A stretch of DNA of 62,667 nt, filler included, from Sphacelaria rigidula (taxonomy: Eukaryota): the NCBI GenBank assembly GCA_964200075.2. It is 11 parts of 11 records of this genome, joined end to end, with 100 filler letters (N's around TTAATTAATTAA, not from the genome) between each part and the next. Parts side by side here need not be neighbours in the genome. Positions count along the whole stretch, not along the records: positions 1 to 5,607 come from CAXNAA020025921.1; positions 5,708 to 11,314 come from CAXNAA020025922.1; positions 11,415 to 17,020 come from CAXNAA020025923.1; 8 more parts are not named here. The stretch is one strand, 5' to 3'. Positions 1 through 12,286 of this stretch are shown here, piece by piece. The stretch's first letter is position 1. Every line of letters starts with the position of its first letter. The translations under genes and the position numbers were made by a program. The notes beneath the pieces are model-generated. The model did no database searches, was not told the DNA's origin, and saw only the letters and a program-made list of their open reading frames with translations.

Positions 1-3000
1 ATCGGATTCCCGACACGACCGAGACCAGCAGTGCACCTTTATGGCCGGATCAGGAACCCGCACGTTGACCTGTGGCGAGTGATCACTCCAAAGTGTGTTC
101 CCGATAGGGAGCAGATCTACTGGCCAGTGGTCAACTCTCGATCCTCGAGTCCTGACCTGCGAAACCCCATCCCCGACACGAACGATATTTGCCTGCTCTT
201 CTGCGAGGGACAGACAGACTGTTGTTAACCTGTCGCAAGTGATTACTACCACGTGTATCACGGATATAGAGCAAACCTGCTTGCTACCGCTCAATGCTCG
301 TTCCTCGTGTCCTAACGTCCGAGACCTGATCTCCGACACGAATGACATCCAGCAGGGCACCCCTCTGACCGGGACAGGAACCCGAATATCGACCTGTGGC
401 CAGTTGTTCCTACCGGGTGCACCTTGAATAGAGAGCGAGAGTACTCGCCAGGGCTCACCTTTTGGTCCTCCTGCCCTGACGTCCAAGATCGGATTCCCGA
501 CACGACCGAGACCAGCAGTGCACCTTTATGACCGGATCAGGAACCCGCACGTTGACCTGTGGCAAGTGATCACTCCGAAGTGTGTTTCCGATAGGGAGCA
601 GATCTACTGGCCAGGGGTCAACTCTCGACCCTCGTGTCCTGACCTCCGAAACCCGATCCCCTACACCAACGATATTTGCCTCCTCTTCTGCGAGGGACAG
701 ACAGACGGTTGTTAACCTGTCGCAAGTGATTCCTACCACGTGTATCACGGATAGAGAGCAGAAGTACTTGCTACCGCTCAATGCTCGATCCTCGTGTCCT
801 AACATCCGAGACCTGATCTCCGACGCTGATGACATCCAGCAGTGCACCCCTCTGACCGGGACAGGAACCCGAATATCGACCTGTGGCCAGTTGTTCCTAC
901 CGGGTGTACTTTGGATAGAGAGCGGAGGTACTTGCCGAAACACACTTTTCGGCCCTCCTGCACTGACGTCCAAGATCGGATTCCCGACACGACCGAGACC
1001 AGCAGTGCACCTTTATGGCCGGATCAGGAACCCGCACGTTGACCTGTGGCGAGTGATCACTCCAAAGTGTGTTCCCGATAGGGAGCAGATCTACTGGCCA
1101 GTGGTCAACTCTCGATCCTCGTGTCCTGACCTCCGAAACCCGATCCCCGACACGAACGATATTTGCCTCCTCTTCGGCGGGGGACAGACAGACGGTTGTT
1201 CACCTGTCGCAAGTGATTCCTACCACGTGTATCACGGATAGAGAGCAAAACTACTTGCTACCGCTCAATGCTCGATCCTCGTGCCGTGACGTCCGAGACC
1301 TGATCTCCGACGCTAATGACATCCAGCAGTGCACCCCTCTGGCCGGGACAGGGAGCCGAATATCGACCTGTGACCAGTTGCTTCTACCGGGTGTACGTTG
1401 GATAGGGAGCGGAGGTATTTGCCGAGACACACTTGTCGGCCCTCCTGCCCTGACGTCCACGATCGGATTCCCGACACGACCGAGACCAGCAGTGCACCTT
1501 TCTAGCGGGATCAGGAACTCGCACGTTGACCTGTGGCAAGTGATCACTCCAAAGTGTGTTTCCGATAGGGAGCAGATCTACTGGCCAGGGGTCAACTCTC
1601 GACCGTCGTGCCCTGACGTCCGAGACCTGATCTCCTACACGAATGACATCCAGCAGGGCACCCCTTTGGCCGGGACGGGAATCCGAATATCGACCTGTGA
1701 GCAGTTGTTCCTACCGGGTGTACGTTGATTAGAGAGCGGAGGTACTTGCCAGGGCTCACCTTTCGGCCCTCCTGCCCTGAGGTCCAAGATCGGATCCCCG
1801 ACACGACCGAGACCAGCAGTGCACCTTTTTAGCCGGATCAGGGAGCCGCACGTCGACCTGTGGCAAGTGATCACTCCAAAGTGTGTTTGCGATAGGGAGC
1901 AGATCTACTGGCCAGGAGTCAACTCTCGACCCTCGTGCCGTGACGTCCGAGACCTGATCTCCCACACGAATGACATCCAGCAGTGCACCCCTTTGGCCGG
2001 GACAGGACCCAAATATCGACCTGTGACCAGTTGTACCTACCGGGTGTACGTTGTTCAGAGAGCGGAAGTACTTGCCAGGGCTCACCTTTCGGCCCTCCTG
2101 CCCTGACGTTCACGATCGGATCCCCGACACGACCGAGGCCAGCAGTGCACCTTCATGGCCGGATCAGGGAGCCGCACGTTGACCCGTAGAGGTGATAACA
2201 ACAAAGTGTGCTTTCCATAGGAAGAAGATTTACTGGCCAGGGGTCAACTCTCGACCCTCGTGCCCTGACCTCCAAGGCCCGATCCCCGACACGAACGATG
2301 TTCGTCTCCTCTTCGGCGGGGGACAGACAGACGGTTGTTCAACTGTCGCAAGTGATTACTACCACGTGTATCATGGATAGAGAGCAAAGCTACTCGCTAC
2401 CGCTCAGTGCTCGATCCTCGTGTCCTGACGTCCGAGACCTGATCTCCGACACGAATGCCATCTAGCAGTGCACCCCTCTCGCGGGGACAGGACCCAAATA
2501 TCGACCTGTGGCCAGTTGCTTCTACCGGGTGCACCTTGAATAGAGAGCGAGAGTACTCGCCAGGGCTCACCTTCCGGCCTTCCTGCCCTGACGTTCACGA
2601 TCGGATTCCCGACACGACCGAGGTTAGCAGTGCACCATTATGGCCGGATCAGGGAGCCGCACGTTGACCTGTGGAGGTGATAACTACAAATTTCGCTTTC
2701 CATAGGAAGAAGATCTACTGGCCAGGGGTCAACTCTCGACCCTCGTGTCGTGACCTCGAAGGCCCGATCCCCGACACGAACGATGTTCGTCTCCTCTTCG
2801 GCGGGGGACAGACAGACGGTTGTTCACCTGTCGCGAGTGATTACTACCACGTGTATCACGGATAGAGAGCAAACCTGCTTGCTACCGCTCCATCCTCGAT
2901 CCTCGTGTCCTAACGTCCGAGACCTGATCTCCGACACGAATGACATCCAGTAGTGCACCCCTCTGGCTGGGACAGGGAGCCGAAAATCGACCTGTGGCCA

Positions 3001-5607
3001 GTTGTTCCTACCGGGTGCACCTTGAATAGAGAGCGAGAGTACTTGCCAGGGCTCATCTTTCTTTCCTCCTGCCCTGACGTTCACGATCGGAACCACGACG
3101 CGACCGAGACCAGCAGTGCACCCTTCTGGCCGGATCAGGAAGCCGCACGTCGACCTGTAGGGGTGATCACTCCAAAGTGTGCTTTTGATAGATAGCAAAT
3201 CCAATGGCCAGGGGTCAACTCTCGACCCTCGTGCCCTGACGTCCGAGACCTGATCTCCGACACGAATGACATCCAGCAGTGCACCCCTTTGGCCGGGACA
3301 GGAAACCGAATATCGACCTGTGGTCAGTTGTTTCTACCAGGTGTACGTTGGATAGAGAGCGGAAGTACTTGCCAGGGCTCACCTTCCGGTCCTCCTGCCC
3401 TGACGTCCACGATCGGATGCCCGACACGACCGAGACCAGCAGTGCACCCTTCTGGCCGCATCAGGCAGCCGCACATTGACCTGTAACAAGTGATCACTAC
3501 CAAGTGTACTTTCGATAGGGAGCAGATCTACTTGCTACCGGTCAATTCCCGATCCTCGTGCCCTGACGTCCTTGACCTGATCTCCGACACGAATGACATC
3601 CAGCAGTGCACCCCTCTGGCCAGGACAGGGAGCCGAATATCGACCTGTGGTCGGTTGTTCCTACCGGGTGTACGTTGGATAGAGAGCGCAAGACCTTGCC
3701 AGGGCTCACTACCGGTTCTCCGGCCCTGATGTTCACGATCGGATCCCCGACACGATCCAGACCAGCAGTGCACCTTTTTGGTCGGATCAGGGAGCGGCAC
3801 ACTGACCTGTAACAAGTGATCACTACCAAGTGTACTTTCGATAGGAAGAAGATCTACTGGCCAGGGGTCAACTCTCGACCCTCGTGCCCTGACCTCCAAA
3901 ACCCGATCGCCGACACGAACGATATTTGCCTCCCCTTCGGCGGGGGACAGACAGACGGTTCTTCACCTGTGGCAAGTGATCACTACCACGTGTACCACGG
4001 ATAGAGAGCAAAGTTACTTGCTACCGGTCAATTCCCGATCCTCGTGCCGTGACGTCCGAGACCCGATCTCCGACACGAATGACATCCGGCAGTGCACCCC
4101 TCTGGTCGGGACAGGGAGCCGAATATCGACCTGTGGCCAGTTGTTCCTACCGGGTGCACCTTGGATAGAGAGCGGAAGTACTTGCCAGGCCTCACCTTCC
4201 GGTCTTCCCGCCCCGACGTCAACGATCAGATCCCCGACACGACCGAGACCAGCAGTGCACCCTTCTGGCCGCATCAGGGAGCCGCACGTTGACTTGTGGC
4301 AAGTGATCACTACCGAGTGTACTTTCGATAGGGAGCAGATCTACTTGCCAGCGATCTACTCTCGACCCTCGTGCCCTGACCTCCAAGACCCGATCGCCGA
4401 CACGAACGATATTTGCCTCCCCTCCCGCGGGGGACAGACAGACGGTTGTTCACCTGTGGCAAGTGATCACTACCACGTGTATCACGGATAGAAAGCAAAA
4501 CTACTTGCTACCGGTCAATTCCTGATCCTCGTGCCCTGACGTCCGTGACCTGATCTCCGACACGAATGACATCCAGCAGGGGACCCCTCTGGCCGGGACA
4601 GGGAGCCGAATATCGACCTGTGGTCAGTTGTTCCTACCGGGTGCACCTTGGATAGAGAACGGAAGTCCTTGCCAGGCCTCACCTTCCGGTCCTCCCGCCC
4701 TGACGTCCACGATCGGATCCCCGACACGACCGAGACCAGCAATGCATCTTTCTGGCCGCATCAGGGAGTCGCACATTGACCTGTAACAAGTGATTATTAC
4801 CGAGTGTACTTTCGATAGGAAGCAGATTTACTGGCCAGCGATCTACTCTTGACCCTCGTGCCTTGGCCTCCAAGACCCGATCGCCGACACGAACGATATT
4901 TGCCTCCCCTTCGGCGGGGGACAGACAGACGGTTGTTCACCTGTGGCAAGTGATCACTACCAGGTGTACCCCGGATAGAGAGCAAATCTACTGGCTAGGG
5001 GTGAACTCTCGATCCTCGTGCCCTGACGTCCGTGACCTGATCTCCGACACGAATGGCATCCAGCTGTGCACCCCTCTGGCCGGGACAGGGAGCCGAATAT
5101 CGACCTGTGGTCAGTTGTTCCTACCAGGTGAACCGTGGATAGAGACCGGAAGTACTTGCCAGGCCTCACCTTCCGGTCTTCCTGCCCTGACGTCCACGAT
5201 CGGATCCGCGACACGACCGAAACCAGCAGTGCACCCTTCTGGCCGCATCAGGGAGCCGTACGTTGACCTGTGGCAAGCGATCACTACCGAGTGTACTTTC
5301 GATAGGGAGCAGATCTACTGGCCAGGGGTCAACTCTCGACCCTCGTGTCCTGACCTCCAAGACCCGATCGCCGACACGAACGATATTTGCCTCCCCTCCC
5401 GCGGGGGACAGACAGACGGTTGTTAACCTGTGGCAAGTGACCCCTACCACGTGTACCACGGACACAAAGCAAAACTACTTGCTACCGGTCAATTCCCGAT
5501 CCTCGTGCCCTGACGTCCGAGACCTGATCTCCGACACGAATAACATCCAGCAGTGCACCCTTCCGGTCGGGACAGGGGCCAGAATATTGACCCGTGGCCA
5601 GTTGTTC
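1..5607. repeat. Higher-order tandem satellite: three related monomers A (160 bp), B (164 bp), C (163 bp) forming 487-bp ABC units and ~327-bp hybrid(A/B)+C units
   Basis: Anchor ACCTGT recurs at 68, 228, 392, 555, 715, 879, 1042 and so on. The monomers share ACCTGT..CAGT..GATAG(A/G)GAGC..TAC..CCTGAC..CCGACACGA. There are about 35 monomers filling the whole contig. Unit lengths shift the reading frame, so the ORFs are not coding. Confidence 0.95.
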
Positions 5608-5707
5608 NNNNNNNNNNNNNNNNNNNNNNNNNNNNNNNNNNNNNNNNNNNNTTAATTAATTAANNNNNNNNNNNNNNNNNNNNNNNNNNNNNNNNNNNNN
5701 NNNNNNN
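5608..5707. other. Artificial contig spacer (N44-TTAATTAATTAA-N44). Identical spacers at 11315-11414, 17021-17120, 22727-22826, 28433-28532, 34139-34238, 39845-39944, 45551-45650, 51257-51356, 56963-57062
   Basis: The same 100-nt block with six-frame stop codons separates segments that are all 5605-5607 bp long, i.e. length-sorted concatenated contigs. Confidence 0.98.
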
Positions 5708-5870
5708 CGTGTCTTCCGGGCCCACAGGGATGCCCGGTTAAGCATGAAAAGAATCAAACCAACACCATACTCTTTCCCCCCCCCCCCCCCCATCCCTCGA
5801 TATATTAACGCTTGATACACTTACGTATCTTGCCTCGACGTGATTCGACCCGAACCGAATCGAACCACAG

Positions 5871-7930
5871 GTGTTCGACTACCATGGCGACACGAACAAG
5901 CAGCTGGCGCGCGCGATGAAGGCCTTCAGCAGCAGCTTCGCCAGGGCGAACAGGCGTAAGCTGTTGAGGAAGCACTTCCTGGCTTTCGACGTGAACAACA
6001 CGCAGCGCATCAGTCGCGCGCAGTTCATCGAGACCGTTAACGAGGTAGGTATGCGGAGTGCGGTTGGTTGGCGATGAAGGGATGTGCAGACCCCAGGGTT
6101 CGGGAATTGGAGTTCAGGGTTGTTCGGCAGGGGTGCGTACGGTAGCTTGTCTATTTCGGTGGTTCCCCACGCAACGACTTGGGCAGGGAAGATGCTTTTA
6201 GCAGCCGCAATATCGTTCGAAATGCCCTCGAATTCGTTGTCTGCGGCAGCTTGTGGCGTCAATGCAGATGATGATGCCATCATGTGGCCGAGGATTGCGT
6301 GGGAAACCGTGCCTTCGTGACGCAGCGGAACAATAAATAATATCGATTAATTAACATCATTTTTGCGTTTTCAGTTTTATTTTTTTCCTTCGTTTTCGTT
6401 GTTTGTTTTTCACTAGTTTCTCCCTGTTGTTATTGTCCACCGCATCCTCCACGAGTTTTCCCCACAGTACATAGCGGGCGCTCACGTTCATTTCATATAT
6501 TATGTTGCCTTAGGTACGCCCATCTCGTGGCCACCTTCGGCTGAGCTCCTAAAAGGGTTAGTTCATGTGAGGCAACTAATCAATCTGGACTGAACAACGG
6601 GCAGGGCATGGCACATCGTCACGCCACCTTCGGTTTAAGGAATGACAGGGGGGGGGGGGCTGATAGCATTACGTACAGAAACACCAATGTCCCGTGGTGC
6701 CGCCGCGCCCCCATGGTGTGATGGTCCAACTGTCGCCGTTGGGGTGGAGTTAACGACGGTTTGATTCCCCATGCGTTGGGTTTTTCTTCGTGACATCTGT
6801 TTTTCACCGTGGAAGGCGCGAGAACGTGAGTAAACAAAGTAGTCGACTGAGATTATTTCGCCTGAGTTGACGCGATGCGGAAGTGCTGATGGTCATGATC
6901 CAATCCGCGAGACCAAAATGCAAGGCGTGTGCCGGGGGAGAGATGGGTTGATCCCTTGAGACCACAGACTCGTCTCGAGGAAGGGGAGGGGTTCAAAGTG
7001 CGATAAATAAAAAATAAAATAAAAGTGTAGACGCGCTTCTCACGAAGCCCGTGTAGGCGAACGCATGGTTTACTTAAGTACGAAATAATGGGTCATCCTC
7101 CACGTGTGAGTACGTCGAGCCTAGAGTCCACTGAACAGAACGCTCTGTTCAGAGCGGCTCACTATGCCACTGGTATTGCTCGTGTCCAAGGTGTAGATCG
7201 AGGCAGTGATTCTGGCCATCTGTTACTATCAGACGTGAACGAAATGATGCTAACATGGTGCCATGTTTCGTGAGTTTGAGGCCACATTTTGACCGCCTGC
7301 TGATTTTCGCGTACAGGTGGCTTCGGAGTTTTTCATAGACTTCGACAGCCGAAACAAGAACCTTCTCGCTACATTCTTCTTCCCCAAGGTACTTGTACCC
7401 AAATGTATACCGCCAATAAGTATTATATTTGTTTTGAAGTATGCTGGACACGTACCACAATCGTCAATGTCTTGAAAAAACATAGATATGAGATCATACC
7501 GCAGAATAAATACAGCACTTGCATATTGAGTGAAATATCATAGTGTTTACATAGATATACACCGTAGTACGTCTCCCGACTATAGAGTGCCATGTGCAAT
7601 AATTGCTCATACGTAGCGTTCTCAGGCGACTAACGAGGTGTTGATGGGATCGACCGAAAAAGTATGCCGGTGGCTAGACAGATTTCACCATCAACAACTA
7701 TCGCTCAGCTACTTCTCACGGCAACGTCTGTATCCCATTTCCCGCCGTAGGAACACGGGCGCGTCGAGTACGAGACTCTATTGGAGATCATCACGGCAAG
7801 AGATGTGCGTCGCGCACACGCGTTTAGGCAGCAAACGGTAGAGGAAGGGGCCGACTTTGACGAGCTCTTCACCGGCATCGACAACACAGCCAGGAAGAGG
7901 GACTTCGGCGGCACGCTGGTGCGTTTCTGA
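5871..7930 (+). CDS. EF-hand domain protein, 3' part (exons 5871-6044, 7317-7388, 7751-7930)
   Basis: AG/GT-bounded phase-0 exons splice in frame to ...LRKHFLAFDVNNTQRISRAQFIETVNE|VASEFFIDFDSRNKNLLATFFFPK|EHGRVEYETLLEII...DFGGTLVRF*, giving an EF-hand pair. The last exon could instead end at a GT donor after 7918. Confidence 0.8.
6890..7025 (+). repeat. Dispersed short repeat with A-rich 3' end (SINE-like). Other copies at ~9518-9570, ~20980-21050, 47468-47580
   Basis: Shared core AAATGCAAGGCGTGT.CCGGGG...GTTGATCCCTT(G/C)AGACCAC..ACTC...GTTCAAAGTGCGA followed by an A-rich run. Confidence 0.6.
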
Positions 7931-8722
7931 GAAAAGATTAGCTAGATTTATTTCAATTTTGGGAAGCAGCATGGGCGTACTTCTTGTACTGCCGTAGCTG
8001 AACTAGTGTTTTGTCGCGAAGGTGTTCATGGCAACAGCAGCAGCAGCGGCAGCAGCAGCAGCAGCGGCAGCAGTAATATTAGCTTGCATAGCTGTCCGAG
8101 TCAGATGTGAAGTCTCGAGATATGTTGTTTTCCTCACTCTAAGAAATACCGTTTCATGTATGCAATCTTGTGTATTTCTTTGCTCGTACTCGATGACGAA
8201 CGGCTCCTCCTTCCCTCTATCGTTTGCGAAGGCCATCACAAAACATGCCGTGACTTCTGCGCTGACTGATCCCTCTCCTCTGTGCCACCGGCGCGGCGTG
8301 CATGTGCTGTGTGAAACTCACTCGCCGTAGAACCTGTTCGCTACGGCACACTGACAAAAGGAGGCACGCGACAACACCTGCCATAGAGAGGGCATGATCC
8401 ACGGGGACCCCGAAACTCCGGCAGAAATATGGCGTGGAGTATCCCAGCACACATGTATCCCACCCCTTGCTGGTGTACAACCGCTGCTACCACATCAGTA
8501 GACTGCCTGCGAACAGCAGTAGCAGCGTTCACTCGCGTAAATATCGCTGCTACCTGACAAATAGGCCCCTGCATAAGCGGCGCCGGCGCCGGCGGCGTCA
8601 CGGGCGGAGCGGCCACATAATGACTTCTCCTCGAGGAGCACGGCATGCACATTATGTGATCGTCTTTAGTATTCACGAAAGAGCCAAGGGGTTTTCGAGG
8701 AGGCGTGTGTCTTGGGGTAGGG

Positions 8723-8824
8723 AGGGGGGTGTACTCATGATCTTGCATGCATAGTGATATGACCGTTGACCTCGCATCTCTACCAAGCCGGGATGGAGCA
8801 CGCGGGGTTTTCGCCGGACCAGGC
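8723..8824 (-). mobile_element. Poly(C)-tailed retroposon-like element, subfamily 1, with ~15-bp TSD
   Basis: The minus strand reads GCCTGGTCCGGCG...CATGAGTACA-C(n). It is flanked by TGTCTTGGGG(T/C)AGGG at 8708-8722 and 8825-8839 (14/15 identical). Confidence 0.75.
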
Positions 8825-10879
8825 TGTCTTGGGGCAGGGGGCAAGGAGAGTTAAATAGGGAGGGAGCAAGGGGGTTGTGCTGTGGGTATAGAGTAGTGAC
8901 CTTCCGCCGCAACTGCTGCACCGGGTGCGAGCGTAACGAAGGGACGGAGATGAAAGGAACGCTGTTGGATGGACTATTGTTTTGCTATTATACCACTTGG
9001 AATGTTGTGAAAAAAAGATGATCGAGTCAAGGATTGAGAACTTGAGAGGTCTTCGTTGGGAGGGCAAGGCGTGTGTCGTTGGGAAAACGTGGTGGCGGTG
9101 TATGTATCGTGCAGCGCGCAGAAATCTATGCTGCCGGCGCAGGCGAAAACAGGGTGTCGATGAAAACCACACGGCGAGCGCAAGGGGGAAGCTAGTGAGG
9201 TTGTAGGAATATGAGCGGTTGGGGTGGTGAGTCGAGTACATATAGTGTCCATCAACAAGAATGAATAGGGAAACGAGTCCCTCGCGCAGGGGTCACTTCA
9301 GGGAATGCGACAAAAACCAAACGGTGGTTGGAACTTTGGCACCCTCCTGTGAGTAGTAGTACGTATGCGATGAGGAGTGAAGAGCGAGAAACAGAGGCAG
9401 AGGTGGAAAATGGCAATGACAGCGTATCAGGTTTGACACATGACTCATAATATCCTTTGGCGTCGCACAACAGACACCACACGCATGTCCAAGGATCTTC
9501 TCGATTCGTAGTAACGCAGAAGATATGGCTTGATCCCCTGAGACCACGGAGTCGTCCCGAGTATAACGAGTGGTTGAAATGATGAAGAATGGAAGTATGA
9601 AGAATTAAAAAAAAAAAAGTGTATCTTATAAGTCCCGACGACCGAAATGACCTCGAAGCTACCTATCGCCCCCTGTACCACTGAGGGATGGTGTTCCTCA
9701 CCTGATGTAGTCATATAGTCAGTCTTGAGCAATTTCTGTTCACGGTGAAAAGAGTTGCAGCTCACGGGGGGGTCAACGTACTAATAATTGTGGAAGAAGA
9801 CCCATGCGTCATGTAGGAAAGCGGGGGACAAGAGCGTCGACGTAGGCCCCTGGCGTGACAAATAGGCTTCGTTTTTAGTTTTCGTCATTGTATGGCAACA
9901 ATGTGAAACTTTGCCCGGTCTTCCGGCGGGTGCTACAGCTCTAAACTTCACGAGAGCTCTGTCTCAAATCGAGTTGTTCTGGTACAGTAAGTACCCCCAG
10001 GCAGGAAAATGAAACGGTCTCCATTTTTTGCACTGGTTCATGTCTGGCAAGAAGAGAAAATCTCATCTGTTCTGCTCCGGGGTGTTCCAGCTGGCTCCGG
10101 CCTTCATGAGAGCACCGTGACTGTCATGAAAACTGAAATTTCGAACAGTGCTATCATGTCGCACGATAACTCGGGGAGTGGTGTACGGTACTCTTGCCCC
10201 GCGGGCATAACAAAATAATGCTTGAGTTTTGGTTGTGTCTTATTTTCGCCGTGTTTTAAACCGTTCTCATTCTTTGGGACGAAGTCGCGTCTGATATATC
10301 AGGGGAACCATATATTACCGTGCAACTTTCATCTGGGATATCATATCCAGCTGTGATGTCCGTCTGAAATATTGTATCCATGTGCTGCCCATCCGGGATG
10401 ATATCGATGTCCGTTTGGGAATATCAATGTCCATCTGGGGTGCTCACCTGGGGTGTGGATGCCCATTTGGAGTATCTATATCCACATCCCCGATGGTTGC
10501 CTATCTAGGATACGAATATCTATCTGGGATGTCCATCTGGGGTATCCGCACTCGTGATAGACAGGCGATATAGATCTGATATCTCAGATGTGGATGGATG
10601 TCCAAATCCCAGATGATGTCTCCATGTCGGATATCCACATCCCAATGGCGGTTATGCGATAGTGCAAGATCGTGTATTTTGGAATTGCGGAATGGATTAG
10701 CACTCCAGCATCGCGCCAAGTCATGTTTCAACAAAGATTCTCGTGAAAAAACGCTCCTGGATCATACTACAACAGGGGAGGGGGTATTTGGTTGCACGAA
10801 AAAAGAGACTCATAGGTTTGTCAGACGACCTGCCACACTCGCGGTGCGCTTGTATCTGGTTCAAAACGGTGTCAAGCTA

Positions 10880-11012
10880 TATGAGTGATCGTCATTTATC
10901 GATAACGAGCTCGTTCGAACAACCGTTGCTGCTTTCAACGACCATTCGCCTTGAACTTTCGTGCAAGAAGTGGCCCGAATTACCCCCCCCCCCCCACATC
11001 GTAGGATGACTC
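10880..11012 (-). mobile_element. End of a dispersed element starting GAGTCATCCTACGA-G(n). Other copies at 28304-28432 (+) and 39798-39823 (+)
   Basis: The reverse complement matches 28304-28432 (GAGTCATCCTACGA..G-run..GTA.TT.GG..CA.TT.TTGC.CGAAA...GAAAG.AGCAACGGTT.TTCGAAC). The 39798 copy interrupts a LINE reading frame, which fixes the terminus. Confidence 0.6.
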
Positions 11013-11208
11013 TCCTCTTTGTCGGCTTTGAACCCCCGAACGTCTACCCTAACTATTTGTTGAGACACCAAGTGACCACCGGGCCGCGGCATTCGATGTA
11101 TGAAAATAGGCGAAAGCCCAATTTCGTTTGGCTGGAATATACCTCGTGTATATATGTAGGACGGTATGTTTAAAAGTTGCTGCTGCATTGTCCCTCCCCC
11201 GTATTGGC

Positions 11209-11283
11209 TGGATGCGTGGTCAATGGTCAAACGACTAAGGCAAGCAACAAATGAGTACGCCCCCCAACCCCCCCCCCCCCCCC
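11209..11283 (+). mobile_element. Poly(C)-tailed retroposon-like element, subfamily 2 (5'-truncated)
   Basis: GGATGCGTGGTCAATGGTCAAACGACTAAGGCAAGCAACAAATGAGTACG-C(n), near-identical to the copies at 22600-22674 and 26785-26849. Confidence 0.7.
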
Positions 11284-12286
11284 TCGCCCCCCAAATCCAT
11301 ACCACCACCGTCCANNNNNNNNNNNNNNNNNNNNNNNNNNNNNNNNNNNNNNNNNNNNTTAATTAATTAANNNNNNNNNNNNNNNNNNNNNNNNNNNNNN
11401 NNNNNNNNNNNNNNACGTTGGGTGGGGGGGGGTGCTCGTAGCGCCCCGCGCTAAAAGAAAAATGAGGATCCGTTTTTTTTTTTTTTCCAGCATACATGTG
11501 TGGTTCTTTCTGCTGAATTTTGAATCACAATTCTAAGAGTTGGGCAAAAAAATTGAGATAAGGCCCAAGAGCAGTGTTCATTCTCTTCAAAATTCCACTA
11601 AAAACGCGAAAAAACGAGAAAAGTGAAGGAGATGTTTTGTTTTTCATTTCATTATGCACCATCGGTTCTCGATACGAAATTTCATAGCATAACTATCAAA
11701 AACTGAGACGCGATATCCAGATTTAGTTCATCTAGTTCCTCTGCTCGTAATGTATTGATTTTAGTATTAAAACTTATGTGCGCCATATCTCGAGATATAT
11801 GACGAACTAGGTGAAGGTGAGGGTATATATCGTCTCCACATGCTCCAGGGAAGGTCTACACCAAAATTCGTCGTCACCCGCTGAATGTATCGATCGGGGG
11901 CTTCATATGCTCCGGAGTATTTTCTAGTATGGACGCTACCTCCGTTAGGTATAGGAACTATAAGACATGGGGTTTGATCGACGAGAAAATATTGGCCCAG
12001 ACTTTTGAGCAGATGCGTACCTTCCCGTTAATGAGATGATTAATACGATATGAGGATCATAGCCCAACTCGTCTGTGTCGATGAGATATTGCTCTGAGAG
12101 CTAAATCCGTTTGTAGGCTGGCCCAGCTCGTAGTGTGATCCACTGTACTACTTCAAAGTAATTTCATGACACCAAAACGAGGTCACAACGGATTTGTAAA
12201 ACTACCGCACCCGCAAGACCATTTTATCGGCTAATGGAAGTTCAGCCATGCACACTACGATGAGCACAAAACCAAATCCGGCGTAC

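Noticed and set aside
612..660. HDV-like or hammerhead ribozyme in satellite monomer A (GGGGTCA/TGACCTC stem enclosing GAC-CCTCGT-GTC)
   Set aside because: The P1.1 GG and a nearby P2 partner are missing, the pairing is not preserved in many copies, and there is no CTGANGA/GAAA core.
31..5607. Many 60-219 aa ORFs in the satellite, read as a repeat protein gene
   Set aside because: Monomer lengths of 160/164/163 bp shift the frame each unit, stops are frequent, and there is no splice structure.
1..5607. CRISPR-like array
   Set aside because: There are no unique spacers; the whole unit is repeated and there are no cas genes.
8022..8330. Poly-Ala ORFs on both strands
   Set aside because: They are produced by a (GCA)n microsatellite just downstream of the EF-hand gene, with no other coding evidence.
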